IMG/VR virus record: IMGVR_UViG_3300049979_000188
Source of the DNA: a virus
Strand: one strand, 5' to 3'
DNA length: 64,000 nt
Each line of letters starts with the position of its first letter. Within the stretch, counting starts at the first letter, position 1. The notes beneath the pieces were generated by a model. The model searched no databases. It saw only the letters and a list, made by a program, of their open reading frames with translations, and was not told where the DNA came from. The translations under genes and the position numbers were made by a program. Positions 17,360-26,589 of this stretch are shown piece after piece.

Positions 17360-17398
17360 ACCTACTCAGGTAGCCAAACCTGCCTGGGTAGGTTTTTA
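17360..17398 (+). terminator. Intrinsic terminator
   Basis: ACCTACTCAGGTAG...CTGCCTGGGTAGGT stem (G-U pairs) followed by TTTT. Confidence 0.65.
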
Positions 17399-17408
17399 CT
17401 TGTTCGTC

Positions 17409-17591
17409 ATGAAAAAAGATACCATTGTTTTGCCCCCCGCGCCTGTAACTTCCGCCGTTCAGTGTGACAATGCTGTTTTTACGATTCGTAACACGGGCCA
17501 TTGGGATGGACGCTACCTTATAAGCCAAGCTGTTGTGGAAGACGGCCAGCTTCTCTCCTTCCAGGCCCAGCGCTTACCTGCGCTGGTGTAA
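17409..17591 (+). CDS. Small hypothetical protein
   Basis: ATG at 17409, co-oriented. Confidence 0.55.
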   Translation: MKKDTIVLPPAPVTSAVQCDNAVFTIRNTGHWDGRYLISQAVVEDGQLLSFQAQRLPALV

Positions 17592-17604
17592 ATTCACCAA
17601 GCAC

Positions 17605-18054
17605 ATGGATAAGACGTTGAATGAAACCACAGCCCCCGTATTTGAGGCCCAGCCCCAGTGGATGACCTTTAATTGCCAGACGCATCGGCATACTCAAGAC
17701 CCAGCTGTGGGTTATCTGGTGGCCCGCAACGGCCATACCGACGATAAGTCACTGCGTCGCACTAAGCTTCTCTTTATCGGTTACGCCAGCCCCGGCGTTA
17801 TTACCCCGCAAAAAGTAGCTAGTTGGCTCCGCCAACTAGGGTATTGGCCCACGCACGTGCACGTAGACCTGGGCCCGTATTTTATCCCGCACTGGCCTGG
17901 TCACTATTACCAGTTTGACGCCGAAGGCTTGTTTTTAACCCACGTCAGCGGGGCTCCCATCAGTCATGTAAATGACGAACCTGTTACCGATTATCAACCC
18001 GAGGTGGACCGCAGCCAAGTGGCCCGGCTCATTAGCTTAATTCAAGCCCCATGA
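17605..18054 (+). CDS. Hypothetical protein
   Basis: ATG at 17605; overlaps the next start. Confidence 0.65.
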   Translation: MDKTLNETTAPVFEAQPQWMTFNCQTHRHTQDPAVGYLVARNGHTDDKSLRRTKLLFIGYASPGVITPQKVASWLRQLGYWPTHVHVDLGPYFIPHWPGHYYQFDAEGLFLTHVSGAPISHVNDEPVTDYQPEVDRSQVARLISLIQAP

Positions 18055-18338
18055 TTACCGCCCAAACCTTAACGGGTGCCACCGTAGAAGTGCTACCCAA
18101 TTTGCCGGCTGAGCTCAAGCGCCTGGCCTTTGAGGACCCCCACCAGCTTGACGAGCTAATCGGTACCACTCAGTACGTTTACAATGCTTTCCCAGCTACG
18201 CACGAAGGAGTCTGGCCCCCCGCCATGGACGGGCAGTATACCCAGTGGGAAGACGAAGCGGGCAATGGCGTTTTCCTGGCTGAAGTTGACCTGGGTTGCG
18301 TTATTCCCTCCACGAGTCTACGCATTGTTACGACGTGA
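18051..18338 (+). CDS. Hypothetical protein
   Basis: ATGA coupling with the upstream gene. Confidence 0.65.
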   Translation: MITAQTLTGATVEVLPNLPAELKRLAFEDPHQLDELIGTTQYVYNAFPATHEGVWPPAMDGQYTQWEDEAGNGVFLAEVDLGCVIPSTSLRIVTT

Positions 18339-18346
18339 TTCATGTC

Positions 18347-18706
18347 GTGAGCAAGCACTGGTACGTAAGTCAGAACCCCGCCCAGGAATTTTACATCGGG
18401 CGGGGTTCTGTGCTGGGTAACCGGGCTACCAGCATTCAAAATGGGTCGACCAAAGCCGAGGTAATCTGTCAGACCCCCGAAGAGAGCATCACCTGGTTTA
18501 GCCAGTGGCTACACGTACAGTTAGCCGAGAAAGACCCGTCCGTTTGTCAGCAGCTCAACCGTATCTACCAGGCAGCCAAGCAAGGGGATGTTTACCTGAT
18601 ATGCTTTTGTAAAAAAGCGCCTCAGGCCAAGCCACCGCAAAAACCCTGTCACGGAGACGTGATAAAAGAACTGATAGAAAGTAAATTAAGAGTTCATGCA
18701 CCCTAA
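18347..18706 (+). CDS. DUF4326-like protein
   Basis: YIGRGSVLGN...WFSQWL...LICFC...PCHGDVI pattern; GTG start inferred. Confidence 0.75.
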   Translation: MSKHWYVSQNPAQEFYIGRGSVLGNRATSIQNGSTKAEVICQTPEESITWFSQWLHVQLAEKDPSVCQQLNRIYQAAKQGDVYLICFCKKAPQAKPPQKPCHGDVIKELIESKLRVHAP

Positions 18707-18887
18707 ATCAACACTCACCGCGCGTCAAGGTCGGGCCTTACTACTGCAGGCCCTGGTACGCACTCGTTCGGGCACCAGTAAGGTTATGGTGCCGGCCAAG
18801 GACGTGAACCAACTCCTGCTTTTACTCGAAGACCTGGAAGACCAGCTTGCCGCGCAGCCTAGTCCTGAGCAACCCCATGAGCGCTAA
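18696..18887 (+). CDS. Small hypothetical protein
   Basis: Overlapping co-oriented ORF. Confidence 0.55.
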   Translation: MHPKSTLTARQGRALLLQALVRTRSGTSKVMVPAKDVNQLLLLLEDLEDQLAAQPSPEQPHER

Positions 18888-19179
18888 GAAAAACCCTGCC
18901 TGCTGGTACGCCATTCTCTGGACCCCGCACCCGGAGTACCAGACCAAGGATTGGCCGGACGGTATCTGGACGAAGATGTCGTGCAGTAAAAAATACGCTT
19001 CTTTTCGGCGGGCCATGCAGGCTCTCGATGCTTTGCGGCCGCAGGCGCCAAGCTGGGGCTACCGCATTGTCAGCTGCGAGCCGCCCACGCCCATGCAAGT
19101 GCGTACGCAGCTCGAATCCTGGCAGCACCGGGCGCCTCTTTACTCGACTCACCCCGTGCGCGTATGGCCAGCATTTTAG
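18877..19179 (+). CDS. Hypothetical protein
   Basis: ATG at 18877; its stop coincides with the left IS boundary. Confidence 0.6.
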   Translation: MSAKKNPACWYAILWTPHPEYQTKDWPDGIWTKMSCSKKYASFRRAMQALDALRPQAPSWGYRIVSCEPPTPMQVRTQLESWQHRAPLYSTHPVRVWPAF

Positions 19180-19210
19180 CAAGATTATGAAATAATTTTA
19201 CAGAAAAATG

Positions 19211-19240
19211 TTGGTTTCTGTAAAATTATGGGTATATTTG
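19211..19240 (+). promoter_or_regulatory. Bacteroidota-type promoter for tnpB (TTG-N19-TATATTTG)
   Basis: Canonical spacing; ATG at 19247. Confidence 0.65.
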
Positions 19241-19246
19241 CGGTAG

Positions 19247-20449
19247 ATGTTGAAAGCGTATCAATACAGGTTGTACCCAACCGCTGCCCAAACCGAGTTG
19301 TTGAATCAGCACATCGGCGCAGCGCGTTTTGTGTACAACCTTGCCTTGGATACCAAGCAGCAAGCCTACACTCGGTTTGGTAAAACGCTTACTTGCGTTG
19401 ACTTGATTAACCAACTTCCCGACCTCAAAACGGAGTGTCCGTGGTTAAAATTGGTCAACTCGCAATCGTTGCAAATGGCGTTGCGTAATCTGGATAATGC
19501 CTTTACCAACTTCTTCAAAGGTCGTGCGGATTATCCAAATTTCCGCAAGAAAACCAATGGCGGCTCGTTTCAAGTGCCTGCCAACGGGCAAGTAGACTTC
19601 GGCAACAGTACTATCAGTTTGCCTAAATTCAAGTCCGGTATTAAGTCGGTATTGCACAGTAGTTTTCGTGGTACGGTTAAGACCGTCACGATTTGTAGAA
19701 CCCCAACGGGCAAATTCTTCGCGTCTGTGTTGGTCGATACCAACTACCAAGCCGAAACGCTGGTAGCACTCAACCCTGAAAAGGTAGTTGGAGTAGACTT
19801 GGGTATTAAGGACTTCGCTGTGTTGAGTACGGGCGAAGCCATAGCCAATCCTAAGCACCTGCGGAAGAATCTGGCGCGGTTAAAGGTCTTACAACGTCGG
19901 GCATCTCGGAAGGTGAAACGTAGTGCCAATCGGCGCAAAGCCAACCTGAAAGTAGCGAAGCAACACGAACGGATTGCCAATTGCAGAAAGAATTTCTTGC
20001 ATCAACTCAGTAGCAAGCTCGTCAAGAACCACGACGGAATTGCTATTGAGGATTTGGCTGTCAAGAACTTACTCAAAAATCATAAATTGGCACAAGCCAT
20101 ATCGGATGTGAGTTGGGCAGAGTTTAGAAGGCAGTTGGAATACAAATGCGAATGGCAGGGCAAGCACCTGCTCGTCATTGGACGATATGAGCCTTCCACG
20201 AAGCTCTGTTCAACGTGTGGCTATACGAACCACACACTGACCTTAGCTGACCGGGAATGGAATTGTCCGTCCTGTGGTTCGCATCACGACCGCGACCATA
20301 ACGCTGCTATTAATATCAAGCAGATGGCATTGGTCAAGAATAATACAGGGGTGGAACGCCCCGGTGAGCCTGTGGAGACGCTGACATTGGTCAGGTCATT
20401 GAAGCAGGAAAAACGAGCTACTCTTGTATCGAAGCCCCTCTCCCTTTAG
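19247..20449 (+). CDS. tnpB: RNA-guided endonuclease TnpB
   Basis: MLKAYQYRLYPT HTH; RuvC residues in VGVDLG, IAIEDL and DRDHNAAINI; CSTCG/CPSCG zinc finger. Confidence 0.95.
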   Translation: MLKAYQYRLYPTAAQTELLNQHIGAARFVYNLALDTKQQAYTRFGKTLTCVDLINQLPDLKTECPWLKLVNSQSLQMALRNLDNAFTNFFKGRADYPNFRKKTNGGSFQVPANGQVDFGNSTISLPKFKSGIKSVLHSSFRGTVKTVTICRTPTGKFFASVLVDTNYQAETLVALNPEKVVGVDLGIKDFAVLSTGEAIANPKHLRKNLARLKVLQRRASRKVKRSANRRKANLKVAKQHERIANCRKNFLHQLSSKLVKNHDGIAIEDLAVKNLLKNHKLAQAISDVSWAEFRRQLEYKCEWQGKHLLVIGRYEPSTKLCSTCGYTNHTLTLADREWNCPSCGSHHDRDHNAAINIKQMALVKNNTGVERPGEPVETLTLVRSLKQEKRATLVSKPLSL

Positions 20450-20485
20450 GGGAGGGGTTGTTCACATTTAGACCTGGCGCGTCAG
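20330..20485 (+). ncRNA. Predicted TnpB omega/reRNA (scaffold over the tnpB 3' end and right end; guide = flank ATTTAGACCTGGCGCGTCAG)
   Basis: Inferred from the known TnpB reRNA architecture; 5' boundary approximate. Confidence 0.5.
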
Positions 20486-20548
20486 CGCTGGCACGAGCTG
20501 CTAGGCGTAGACGCATAAGTTTTTTACGTATTTCTCCTTTTAAGCCCC

Positions 20549-21319
20549 ATGTTACCTCTTTCTGAGATTCCCAAGCAAGTGCTTACCGAAGCTTCCTTTA
20601 ACCGCTTCCTCAACTACCATACCCCCAAGGGCTACATTGCGATGTCGGCCTGCATTGGGGCGAAGGTTATGTTTGGCGTCGACGAGCCCACGGCGCAGCA
20701 GGTAGAGCAGGTCAAGCGCTACAATAACCAGAAAACCCAGCAGCTCAAGCAGGAGTTGGCCCAGCGTGGCATGACTTTTTTCCCCGTTTACGGCTCTTAC
20801 AAGGAAGTCGTTCAGGACCCAGCTACCGGGCAAACGTATGAGGAACTGGTCAACGAGGCCAGCTTCCTGTTGTTTCCCCGACGCAAGTCAACCGATACGG
20901 ATGAGCGCGTGGCCGCTCAGCTTATGGCGATAGGCAAGGAACTGGCCACTAAATACAAGCAACAGAGCTTTTTGTTTAAAGCTCCGGGCTTGCAGCAGGA
21001 TGCCCACTACGTGACCCCTACAGGCAACGTGGACATGAGCTTCAACGGCATTAAGCTCAACGACCTCTCGCAGGAGTACGCTACGCGCTTTGCGGGTAAG
21101 ACCGGTAAACAACACCAGTTTACCTACGTCAATACCCCCGAACAGGGACAACCAGCGGAAGAGGAGACCTACTCGCTCAACGAGGAACCTGCCCCGCCGC
21201 CCTTTTTGCAGGAGCAGTACGAGCCCCAGCAGGCTGTAGGGACCTTTTGGTGCCACCAGCACCCAGGTTCAATGAACGAGGCGATGCAGCGCTACGGGGA
21301 AGTTTTTTGGCGCGAATAA
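20549..21319 (+). CDS. Conserved phage protein (DUF3293-like)
   Basis: GYIAMSA...NNQKTQQLKQEL..RG..FFPVYGSYKE...EASFLL...ELATKYKQQSFL pattern. Confidence 0.6.
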   Translation: MLPLSEIPKQVLTEASFNRFLNYHTPKGYIAMSACIGAKVMFGVDEPTAQQVEQVKRYNNQKTQQLKQELAQRGMTFFPVYGSYKEVVQDPATGQTYEELVNEASFLLFPRRKSTDTDERVAAQLMAIGKELATKYKQQSFLFKAPGLQQDAHYVTPTGNVDMSFNGIKLNDLSQEYATRFAGKTGKQHQFTYVNTPEQGQPAEEETYSLNEEPAPPPFLQEQYEPQQAVGTFWCHQHPGSMNEAMQRYGEVFWRE

Positions 21320-21348
21320 GCTCGTACGCTACCGCCGGCAGTATTTAG

Positions 21349-21385
21349 ACGCGAGCGCTCGCAAGAAGGGAGCGCTCGCGTTTTT
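21349..21385 (+). terminator. Intrinsic terminator
   Basis: ACGCGAGCGCTC...GAGCGCTCGCGT followed by TTTT. Confidence 0.8.
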
Positions 21386-21392
21386 ACTGTTT

Positions 21393-22265
21393 GTGATGTC
21401 TTATTTTTACGGATTACCGCGCCCCAAAGACTTTAAGGCACGTGATGTGCAGCAAGCACTTTTGCTGGCTCAGCGTAAGCAGGAAGTGCAATTAATAACG
21501 CGCTATCAGCTCGAAGGAGAACCTCAAAAACACTGTAATATAAACCTGACGCTCTTCAAAGTGCTGTACGCCCAGTCAGGCCTAACCCATAGCGGGGAGC
21601 AAGTACTGGAAGAAGGGGAGGAAACCACCACAATTGGGCGCCGTCCGCGCCTAGTTACTCTGGTCGAAGATGCTCGACTTCGGTACGATTACTATACGTT
21701 TACCGAGTACGGGAAGGATATTTTGGAGTACTACCACTTAATTTTTCTCTCCCAGGAAGAAGGCGTGGAAATGGTGCACGAACGGGCCCAGTCGGCGCGC
21801 TATACGAAAGCGGCGTTACTACAAAGTATCACGCCCGTACCAGCCAGTGGGTCCCCGCTGCTTAGCGAGGAATTTACCGGGGCTGAGAATGGACCCGACG
21901 GGGCCCTGGCCGAGCAGGAGCAGCTGCTTAGGCAAACCTGGGGAAGTCTGGCCGAAGGCCTGCAGCTACGCCGTCACCCTGTTGAGTTTAGCTTGGTGGG
22001 CCTCTACCATGAGCGGCTTGATTTTGGCTTCACCCTGCGCCAGACCCAGGTAAGCGGTTCCCTCTACTTGCTGCACAAAGTAGACGGCAACGAAGCTGGT
22101 TTTGTGCCCTACGTCCAGGTAAAAGCGCGCGGGACGCAGACCTATACGTTCGCGGCCTTACTCGATGACGACCAGGATGTAGACCTTGGGCTCGACGAGT
22201 TTATCGGTCTTGCGATGGAAGCGGCTGAAGGGGGGGAAGTGGCCGCTGAATTTGTTTTAACGTAA
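21393..22265 (+). CDS. Hypothetical protein
   Basis: 290-aa ORF. Confidence 0.75.
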   Translation: MMSYFYGLPRPKDFKARDVQQALLLAQRKQEVQLITRYQLEGEPQKHCNINLTLFKVLYAQSGLTHSGEQVLEEGEETTTIGRRPRLVTLVEDARLRYDYYTFTEYGKDILEYYHLIFLSQEEGVEMVHERAQSARYTKAALLQSITPVPASGSPLLSEEFTGAENGPDGALAEQEQLLRQTWGSLAEGLQLRRHPVEFSLVGLYHERLDFGFTLRQTQVSGSLYLLHKVDGNEAGFVPYVQVKARGTQTYTFAALLDDDQDVDLGLDEFIGLAMEAAEGGEVAAEFVLT

Positions 22266-22274
22266 ATTTGACCT

Positions 22275-23084
22275 ATGTATTCTTTACTCGACCAGAAAAC
22301 CCTCACCATTGAGCAGGTGCGCGAGCGCCTACGCGTCTTCACGCACGAGCCGGATTTCAAGTTTGACCCGGTACCGCACGAATACCGCTTACGCAAGCGC
22401 TTGCTTACCTCGGCCACGAGTTTAGTTAAAAAATACCACAAGCCCTTTATTAAGGAAAAGCAAGCCCCGCTTACGGCCCGTAAAACGGGGCAGACCGTGG
22501 CCGAGGTGCTGGCTGAATGGGAGTACGCCGGCGTGATGGGCTCCATTACCCACGATTATATTGAGCACGAATACCCGCTGTGGTACAACCGCCAAAACGA
22601 CCTGATTAACCCCTACCCTGAGGACCAGGAAGCCACTCGTCGCATCCGTAAGTTTCAGCTACTGCGCGAGCAGCGCCTGCTCGATATGGAGCCTGTCGGA
22701 CAGGAAATCCGCATGTTCTACACTCCTCCGGGGTGGGAGTTGGACTTGGAGCACCCAGGGGGGCTCTCGGGTACGCTTGACTTACTCTGCTGGCACCATC
22801 CTACCCGTCGCTTGTACGTGGGTGATTATAAAACCAGTAAAGTCATTCGACGGGACGAAGACGAGCACTGGGACATGTTTTACCCGCCTTTTCAGCGCTT
22901 GAAGGTAAACCAACACAACGAGTACAGCTTGCAAATCTGCGTTTACCGCCTCTTTTTGGAAAGCATCGGCATTCCCACGGCCGGCGGCTTTATCATGCAC
23001 CTGCCGCCGGGGACCAAGCCAGCCGAAATCATTCAGGCCAAAGACTTTCGCCAGGATTTGCGCTTCCTGTTTTCGAAAAATTAA
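22275..23084 (+). CDS. PD-(D/E)XK nuclease (Cas4/lambda-exonuclease-like)
   Basis: SATSLV, GSITHDYIE, GLSGTLDLL, VGDYKTSK and YSLQICVY motifs. Confidence 0.85.
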   Translation: MYSLLDQKTLTIEQVRERLRVFTHEPDFKFDPVPHEYRLRKRLLTSATSLVKKYHKPFIKEKQAPLTARKTGQTVAEVLAEWEYAGVMGSITHDYIEHEYPLWYNRQNDLINPYPEDQEATRRIRKFQLLREQRLLDMEPVGQEIRMFYTPPGWELDLEHPGGLSGTLDLLCWHHPTRRLYVGDYKTSKVIRRDEDEHWDMFYPPFQRLKVNQHNEYSLQICVYRLFLESIGIPTAGGFIMHLPPGTKPAEIIQAKDFRQDLRFLFSKN

Positions 23085-23087
23085 GCC

Positions 23088-23115
23088 GTAACGTCGCGCC
23101 CCTGTTCCGCGTAGA
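23088..23115 (+). promoter_or_regulatory. ECF-type promoter motif GTAAC-N17-CGTAGA
   Basis: Read directly; ATG 6 nt downstream at 23122. Confidence 0.65.
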
Positions 23116-23121
23116 CTTGGC

Positions 23122-23364
23122 ATGACGACCGCAGATAATATGGTGGCTCAGGCACGGATTGACCCGGCCACCTACATTGGCAAGCAATGCCGTAAGACGA
23201 CCCATGGAGCCAAGAGTAAGCCCTTTAAATCGGGTTTGCAGGTCAATACCATTCGGGCCCTGACCACGCATCCTACCCTGCAGCTACCTGCCTTTCTCTT
23301 TGAAGAGGACGACTCCTGCGTGGAGATGCGTCGTTGCCACGTTTTGGAAACTAGCCATGCGTGA
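23122..23364 (+). CDS. Small hypothetical phage protein
   Basis: 80-aa ORF; KPFKSG..VNTI..LTTHP pattern. Confidence 0.65.
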   Translation: MTTADNMVAQARIDPATYIGKQCRKTTHGAKSKPFKSGLQVNTIRALTTHPTLQLPAFLFEEDDSCVEMRRCHVLETSHA

Positions 23365-23809
23365 GTACCTTAAAAAGGTAGAGTCCGGCCAGGTTTACCG
23401 CCACTACAAAGAAGACTACCTGGTCTACGTCACGGCAACCAGTCGCTACCGTAATACGGATTTTCGACGCCTCAATACGGGGCAGGAAAAACCGGTGCTC
23501 TTAAAGCCACGCAGCAAGTTTACCCACTATTTCGAAACCGAGATGGTGGAAGTAGACCCAGCAGAGGCCCGAGTAGCCCGTCAAATTGATTTGGCCCTCA
23601 CCCAGGGCTATCGCTGGTTTCTCTACCATGCCTACGTTGCCGGCATGCGTAGCGGGGAAATGGTGCGCGTACTAGTTTCCCCGGCTGACCAGCTACGACC
23701 CGAAATACTGGATGAGCTTGATGCCTACGACCCCAAAGAAGACGGCCTCTTAAGTGAGTACCGTTACGCGGCAACTAGCCCACATACTTCCGCCTTACCC
23801 ATGCTTTAA
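23357..23809 (+). CDS. Hypothetical protein with a DUF1653-like N-terminus
   Basis: GQVYRHYK motif; ATG at 23357. Confidence 0.55.
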   Translation: MREYLKKVESGQVYRHYKEDYLVYVTATSRYRNTDFRRLNTGQEKPVLLKPRSKFTHYFETEMVEVDPAEARVARQIDLALTQGYRWFLYHAYVAGMRSGEMVRVLVSPADQLRPEILDELDAYDPKEDGLLSEYRYAATSPHTSALPML

Positions 23810-23821
23810 GCCCCTGCTTTC

Positions 23822-24103
23822 GTGAAGAAAAAAGCTGTCGAACTTACTATCACCAGTCAGCACTGGATTTTTCGGGCCAACGATTTGGCCCATAAACAAG
23901 AGCTCTTCGATTTTGCCCTCAGTTGCGGGGTTCCCATGGAGTCGGCTAACTACTTGGCCGCTACGCCTTACCGGGATGACGAAGACATGTATCTCAGCTA
24001 CTGGGAAGGCCTGATGTCGGTTGTCGGCACTCGGGAGGAAGTCAATATTACGGAAGAGCAGTTCCGTACCATGTGCCGCCAGTACGCCACTAAACACGCT
24101 TAA
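23822..24103 (+). CDS. Hypothetical protein
   Basis: 93-aa co-oriented ORF. Confidence 0.6.
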   Translation: MKKKAVELTITSQHWIFRANDLAHKQELFDFALSCGVPMESANYLAATPYRDDEDMYLSYWEGLMSVVGTREEVNITEEQFRTMCRQYATKHA

Positions 24104-24117
24104 CCTTTTCTTTTCTC

Positions 24118-24528
24118 ATGACTACGTCCAAAACTCCCACCGAGCGTTTGCTCCAGATTACCCCCGGTACCTTTGCGTTCGGGTCTTACCGGGCTACCGA
24201 CACGTTTATCGAGCGCTTGCGCGAAGAACCCCAAGCGGCCGTCATGCTCTACCGTCCGGGTATGGTAGAAGGGGAGAGCGGCATGCTCATGGCCGTCTGC
24301 GGTGACCTCTCAGACCCGGTTTCTAACCGCGAAGCCGTCTTGTACGCCGCGGCGCCTGAACTCTTCGATGTGGCTGTTAATTTGGTAGATTATTTTGCCG
24401 ACCTGGCTAATGCCCACATCCTGCTCACCAACCCAGTGCTGCGGGAGCTAGTGGCGGCCGCCAAAAAGGCCTCCATGAAGGCTATCATCGACGTGCAGAC
24501 CCCTGAGGAAGCCCTCGCTCGTTTTTAA
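24118..24528 (+). CDS. Hypothetical protein
   Basis: 136-aa ORF followed by a terminator. Confidence 0.7.
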   Translation: MTTSKTPTERLLQITPGTFAFGSYRATDTFIERLREEPQAAVMLYRPGMVEGESGMLMAVCGDLSDPVSNREAVLYAAAPELFDVAVNLVDYFADLANAHILLTNPVLRELVAAAKKASMKAIIDVQTPEEALARF

Positions 24529-24530
24529 GG

Positions 24531-24564
24531 AAAAGGCCCTCGGTAACGAGGGCCTTTGTTTTTT
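24531..24564 (+). terminator. Terminator whose loop carries the -35 of the next promoter
   Basis: AAAAGGCCCTCG-GTAA-CGAGGGCCTTTGTTTTTT. Confidence 0.8.
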
Positions 24565-24570
24565 CGTAGA
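24543..24570 (+). promoter_or_regulatory. ECF-type promoter motif GTAAC-N17-CGTAGA
   Basis: Read directly; ATG at 24600. Confidence 0.65.
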
Positions 24571-24599
24571 CTGGGCTTTCTACTCTTTAGTTTCCCTTT

Positions 24600-25244
24600 A
24601 TGGCCATTAGCAAAGGCAATGTTACCGTAGCGCTGCCAGCTTATCTCTATCGTCGCCTCACCCAGTACGACAAGGCCCTTTACCGGCGTATGCTGCCCCT
24701 GGTACTACTGGCCTTGCATCACCCTGCGGGTAGCTACCAGCGCAAGGTACTTGATGCCCTCTGCGATAACAAACTCCAGGTATACCTGGAAGAGCTGGCG
24801 GCGGGCAAAGTACTGACTGGAACAACCACCCACCAGGGTGCCATTACGCTTCGACTCTGGCCCGTGCGGGGAGGTCAAGTAGGCGAGCGTACGTTCGGCA
24901 TTCAAATGAGTGAGGCTAAAGTTAAGGAGGTCGAGGCTCTTAATGGGGAACGTATTCCGCTCTGGTCAGCTACGACTAGTGTTAAGTCCCTTGCCGCCAA
25001 GCCCCTTGCTGCACCAGTAGTTACGTCGGCTAGTACAGCGGCCATGCCGAGCGCCGAATTTCACATCGGCACCAAGGAAGGCCTTTTGCAGCGGGAGGGA
25101 AATCTAGTGGCCCTACCCTTGGCCCAGGCCCGGCAAGTGGCCCAGACCCAGGCTTACCTGGAACAGAGGCCCTATTACCTGTATCAGGTGAAAATGGTAG
25201 AGGTCGAAGTTATCGACCCCGAAAAACTTTTTGAGACCCGTTAG
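24600..25244 (+). CDS. Hypothetical protein
   Basis: 214-aa ORF. Confidence 0.7.
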   Translation: MAISKGNVTVALPAYLYRRLTQYDKALYRRMLPLVLLALHHPAGSYQRKVLDALCDNKLQVYLEELAAGKVLTGTTTHQGAITLRLWPVRGGQVGERTFGIQMSEAKVKEVEALNGERIPLWSATTSVKSLAAKPLAAPVVTSASTAAMPSAEFHIGTKEGLLQREGNLVALPLAQARQVAQTQAYLEQRPYYLYQVKMVEVEVIDPEKLFETR

Positions 25245-25247
25245 CCC

Positions 25248-25622
25248 GTGAAGGAAGCCCCCCAATCCACTAGTCGCGGCACGGTCGTCGTGGACAGCAA
25301 AGGCAAGCGAGAAGAGCTCGAAGTAGTCGATTTCCTTAAAGCCAGCTACCGTGATAACCGTCTTATCACAGTAGCTGGCGTCGAGGATGGTTCCTTTGTG
25401 CTGCTGGTGGAAAATCCACCCTCCTCAGGTCGCTCCAACGATAATAAAATGTGGCTTAGCGAAGAGAGCCTGCTCGGGGTTGCGCAAACCATTCTACTCT
25501 ACCTGGGAGCCAAGGGAGAAGACTTGCATGCCCTGGCCCTCAAGAGTGTGGGTAACGCCGATATTCGCTATTCGTATTCCGACAACCTGCACCCGCTTAA
25601 GCCCGATACGACATCTTTATGA
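25248..25622 (+). CDS. Hypothetical protein
   Basis: 124-aa ORF with ATGA coupling to the next gene. Confidence 0.65.
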   Translation: MKEAPQSTSRGTVVVDSKGKREELEVVDFLKASYRDNRLITVAGVEDGSFVLLVENPPSSGRSNDNKMWLSEESLLGVAQTILLYLGAKGEDLHALALKSVGNADIRYSYSDNLHPLKPDTTSL

Positions 25623-25960
25623 TACTGGCCATTATTGGTTCGCGAACCTTTACTGATTATGCGCGCCTGTGTCGGGTACTGGCCAACGTGCGTACCCCCA
25701 TTACGGAGATTGTCAGTGGGGGCGCACCCGGGGCGGACCGGCTCGGGGCAAACTACGCGCGGCGGCAGGGCATTTGGCTGCGTGAGTTGTTCGCTCTTTG
25801 GGACCTTTACGGCAAGAAGGCGGGACATTTGCGTAACAGCGACATCATTGACACGGCCGAAGCAGTGCTTGCTTTTTGGGATGGTATTTCCCCCGGCACC
25901 GAAGACAGTATCAAGAAAGCCCGGGCCCGGGGTATCCCTGTGCACGTTATTAATTTTTGA
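25619..25960 (+). CDS. SLOG-superfamily YspA/DUF2493-like protein
   Basis: LAIIGSRTF, IVSGGAPGAD, AGHLRN and AFWDGISPGT. Confidence 0.85.
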   Translation: MILAIIGSRTFTDYARLCRVLANVRTPITEIVSGGAPGADRLGANYARRQGIWLRELFALWDLYGKKAGHLRNSDIIDTAEAVLAFWDGISPGTEDSIKKARARGIPVHVINF

Positions 25961-26026
25961 GGTATTTAGCGGGAAAGCGAAGTTGGCTATTTTTACGTAA
26001 ATTTGCCATAGCTTTGTTTACTCGCC

Positions 26027-26407
26027 ATGGATATTCTCGATTTTTACCGCAATAAGTTAACTTCGCCTGAGTTTGAGCGTACCAGCTCGGCAAAAGGGTG
26101 GCATCGCTTTACTGACCAAGCGGTTGGCTTGGTCCCTGGATGCTGTTATATGGCGTTGGCTTTATGCGAATTAACGGGAGAAATTCTCAAAGGGGGCGGG
26201 ATTTACGAACCCCACGCCCGGTGGGTTCATACGGACTTAGATACGGGAGAACCCCGCAAAAAAGCCGGTACGGGCTGGTCCTTTTTAGACAATGGTCTCG
26301 GGGTAGTTTTATCCGACAAGCAGGTCTTTTATTATAAGCCGGTACCGGAATCATTCCAAGCGCAACAATTTAAATACGAATGGCTCACCTTTGCTCCTCG
26401 TTCCTGA
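26027..26407 (+). CDS. Hypothetical protein
   Basis: 126-aa ORF preceded by a TAAATTTG box (25998-26005). Confidence 0.65.
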   Translation: MDILDFYRNKLTSPEFERTSSAKGWHRFTDQAVGLVPGCCYMALALCELTGEILKGGGIYEPHARWVHTDLDTGEPRKKAGTGWSFLDNGLGVVLSDKQVFYYKPVPESFQAQQFKYEWLTFAPRS

Positions 26408-26586
26408 TGGCTGACAGGCTCCTCGATTACGAGCAGCTACCAGTTGAGTGTCAAGCGCAATTAGTTGCCTTAGGGGTCAATCCGCCCTATTTAGTTACCT
26501 TATCACTGGGTCGGCAGGAGACGCTTGCCGAGACGGCCCAGTGGCTGGTGTGTCGTTACGCTGAAATGCTTACCCCCACAACTTGA
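26407..26586 (+). CDS. Small hypothetical protein
   Basis: TGATG coupling with the upstream gene. Confidence 0.5.
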   Translation: MADRLLDYEQLPVECQAQLVALGVNPPYLVTLSLGRQETLAETAQWLVCRYAEMLTPTT

Positions 26587-26589
26587 CTT

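Larger units (their letters stand above)
19179..20465 (+). mobile_element. IS200/IS605-family (IS1341-type, tnpB-only) insertion
   Basis: Left hairpin ATAATTTTACAGAAA...TTTCTGTAAAATTAT; right end GAAG-CCCCTCTCCC-TTTA-GGGGAGGGG-TTGTTCAC, where guide GAAG pairs with terminal TCAC by the IS608 rule; AT-richer than flanks; left edge uncertain by 1-2 nt. Confidence 0.85.

Noticed and set aside
21343-21352. Second TnpB target (ATTTAGAC match to the guide)
   Set aside because: Only 8 nt match, and it is not preceded by the predicted TAM.
22275-23084. Cas4 of a CRISPR-Cas system
   Set aside because: No other cas genes or array, and no Fe-S cysteine cluster; an ordinary phage PD-(D/E)XK exonuclease.
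22263-26005. CGTAAA at 22261 and 25996 as members of the ECF regulon
   Set aside because: No GTAAC 17 nt upstream. They fit the host TAnnTTTG box better, and only weakly because no well-spaced -33 element is present.
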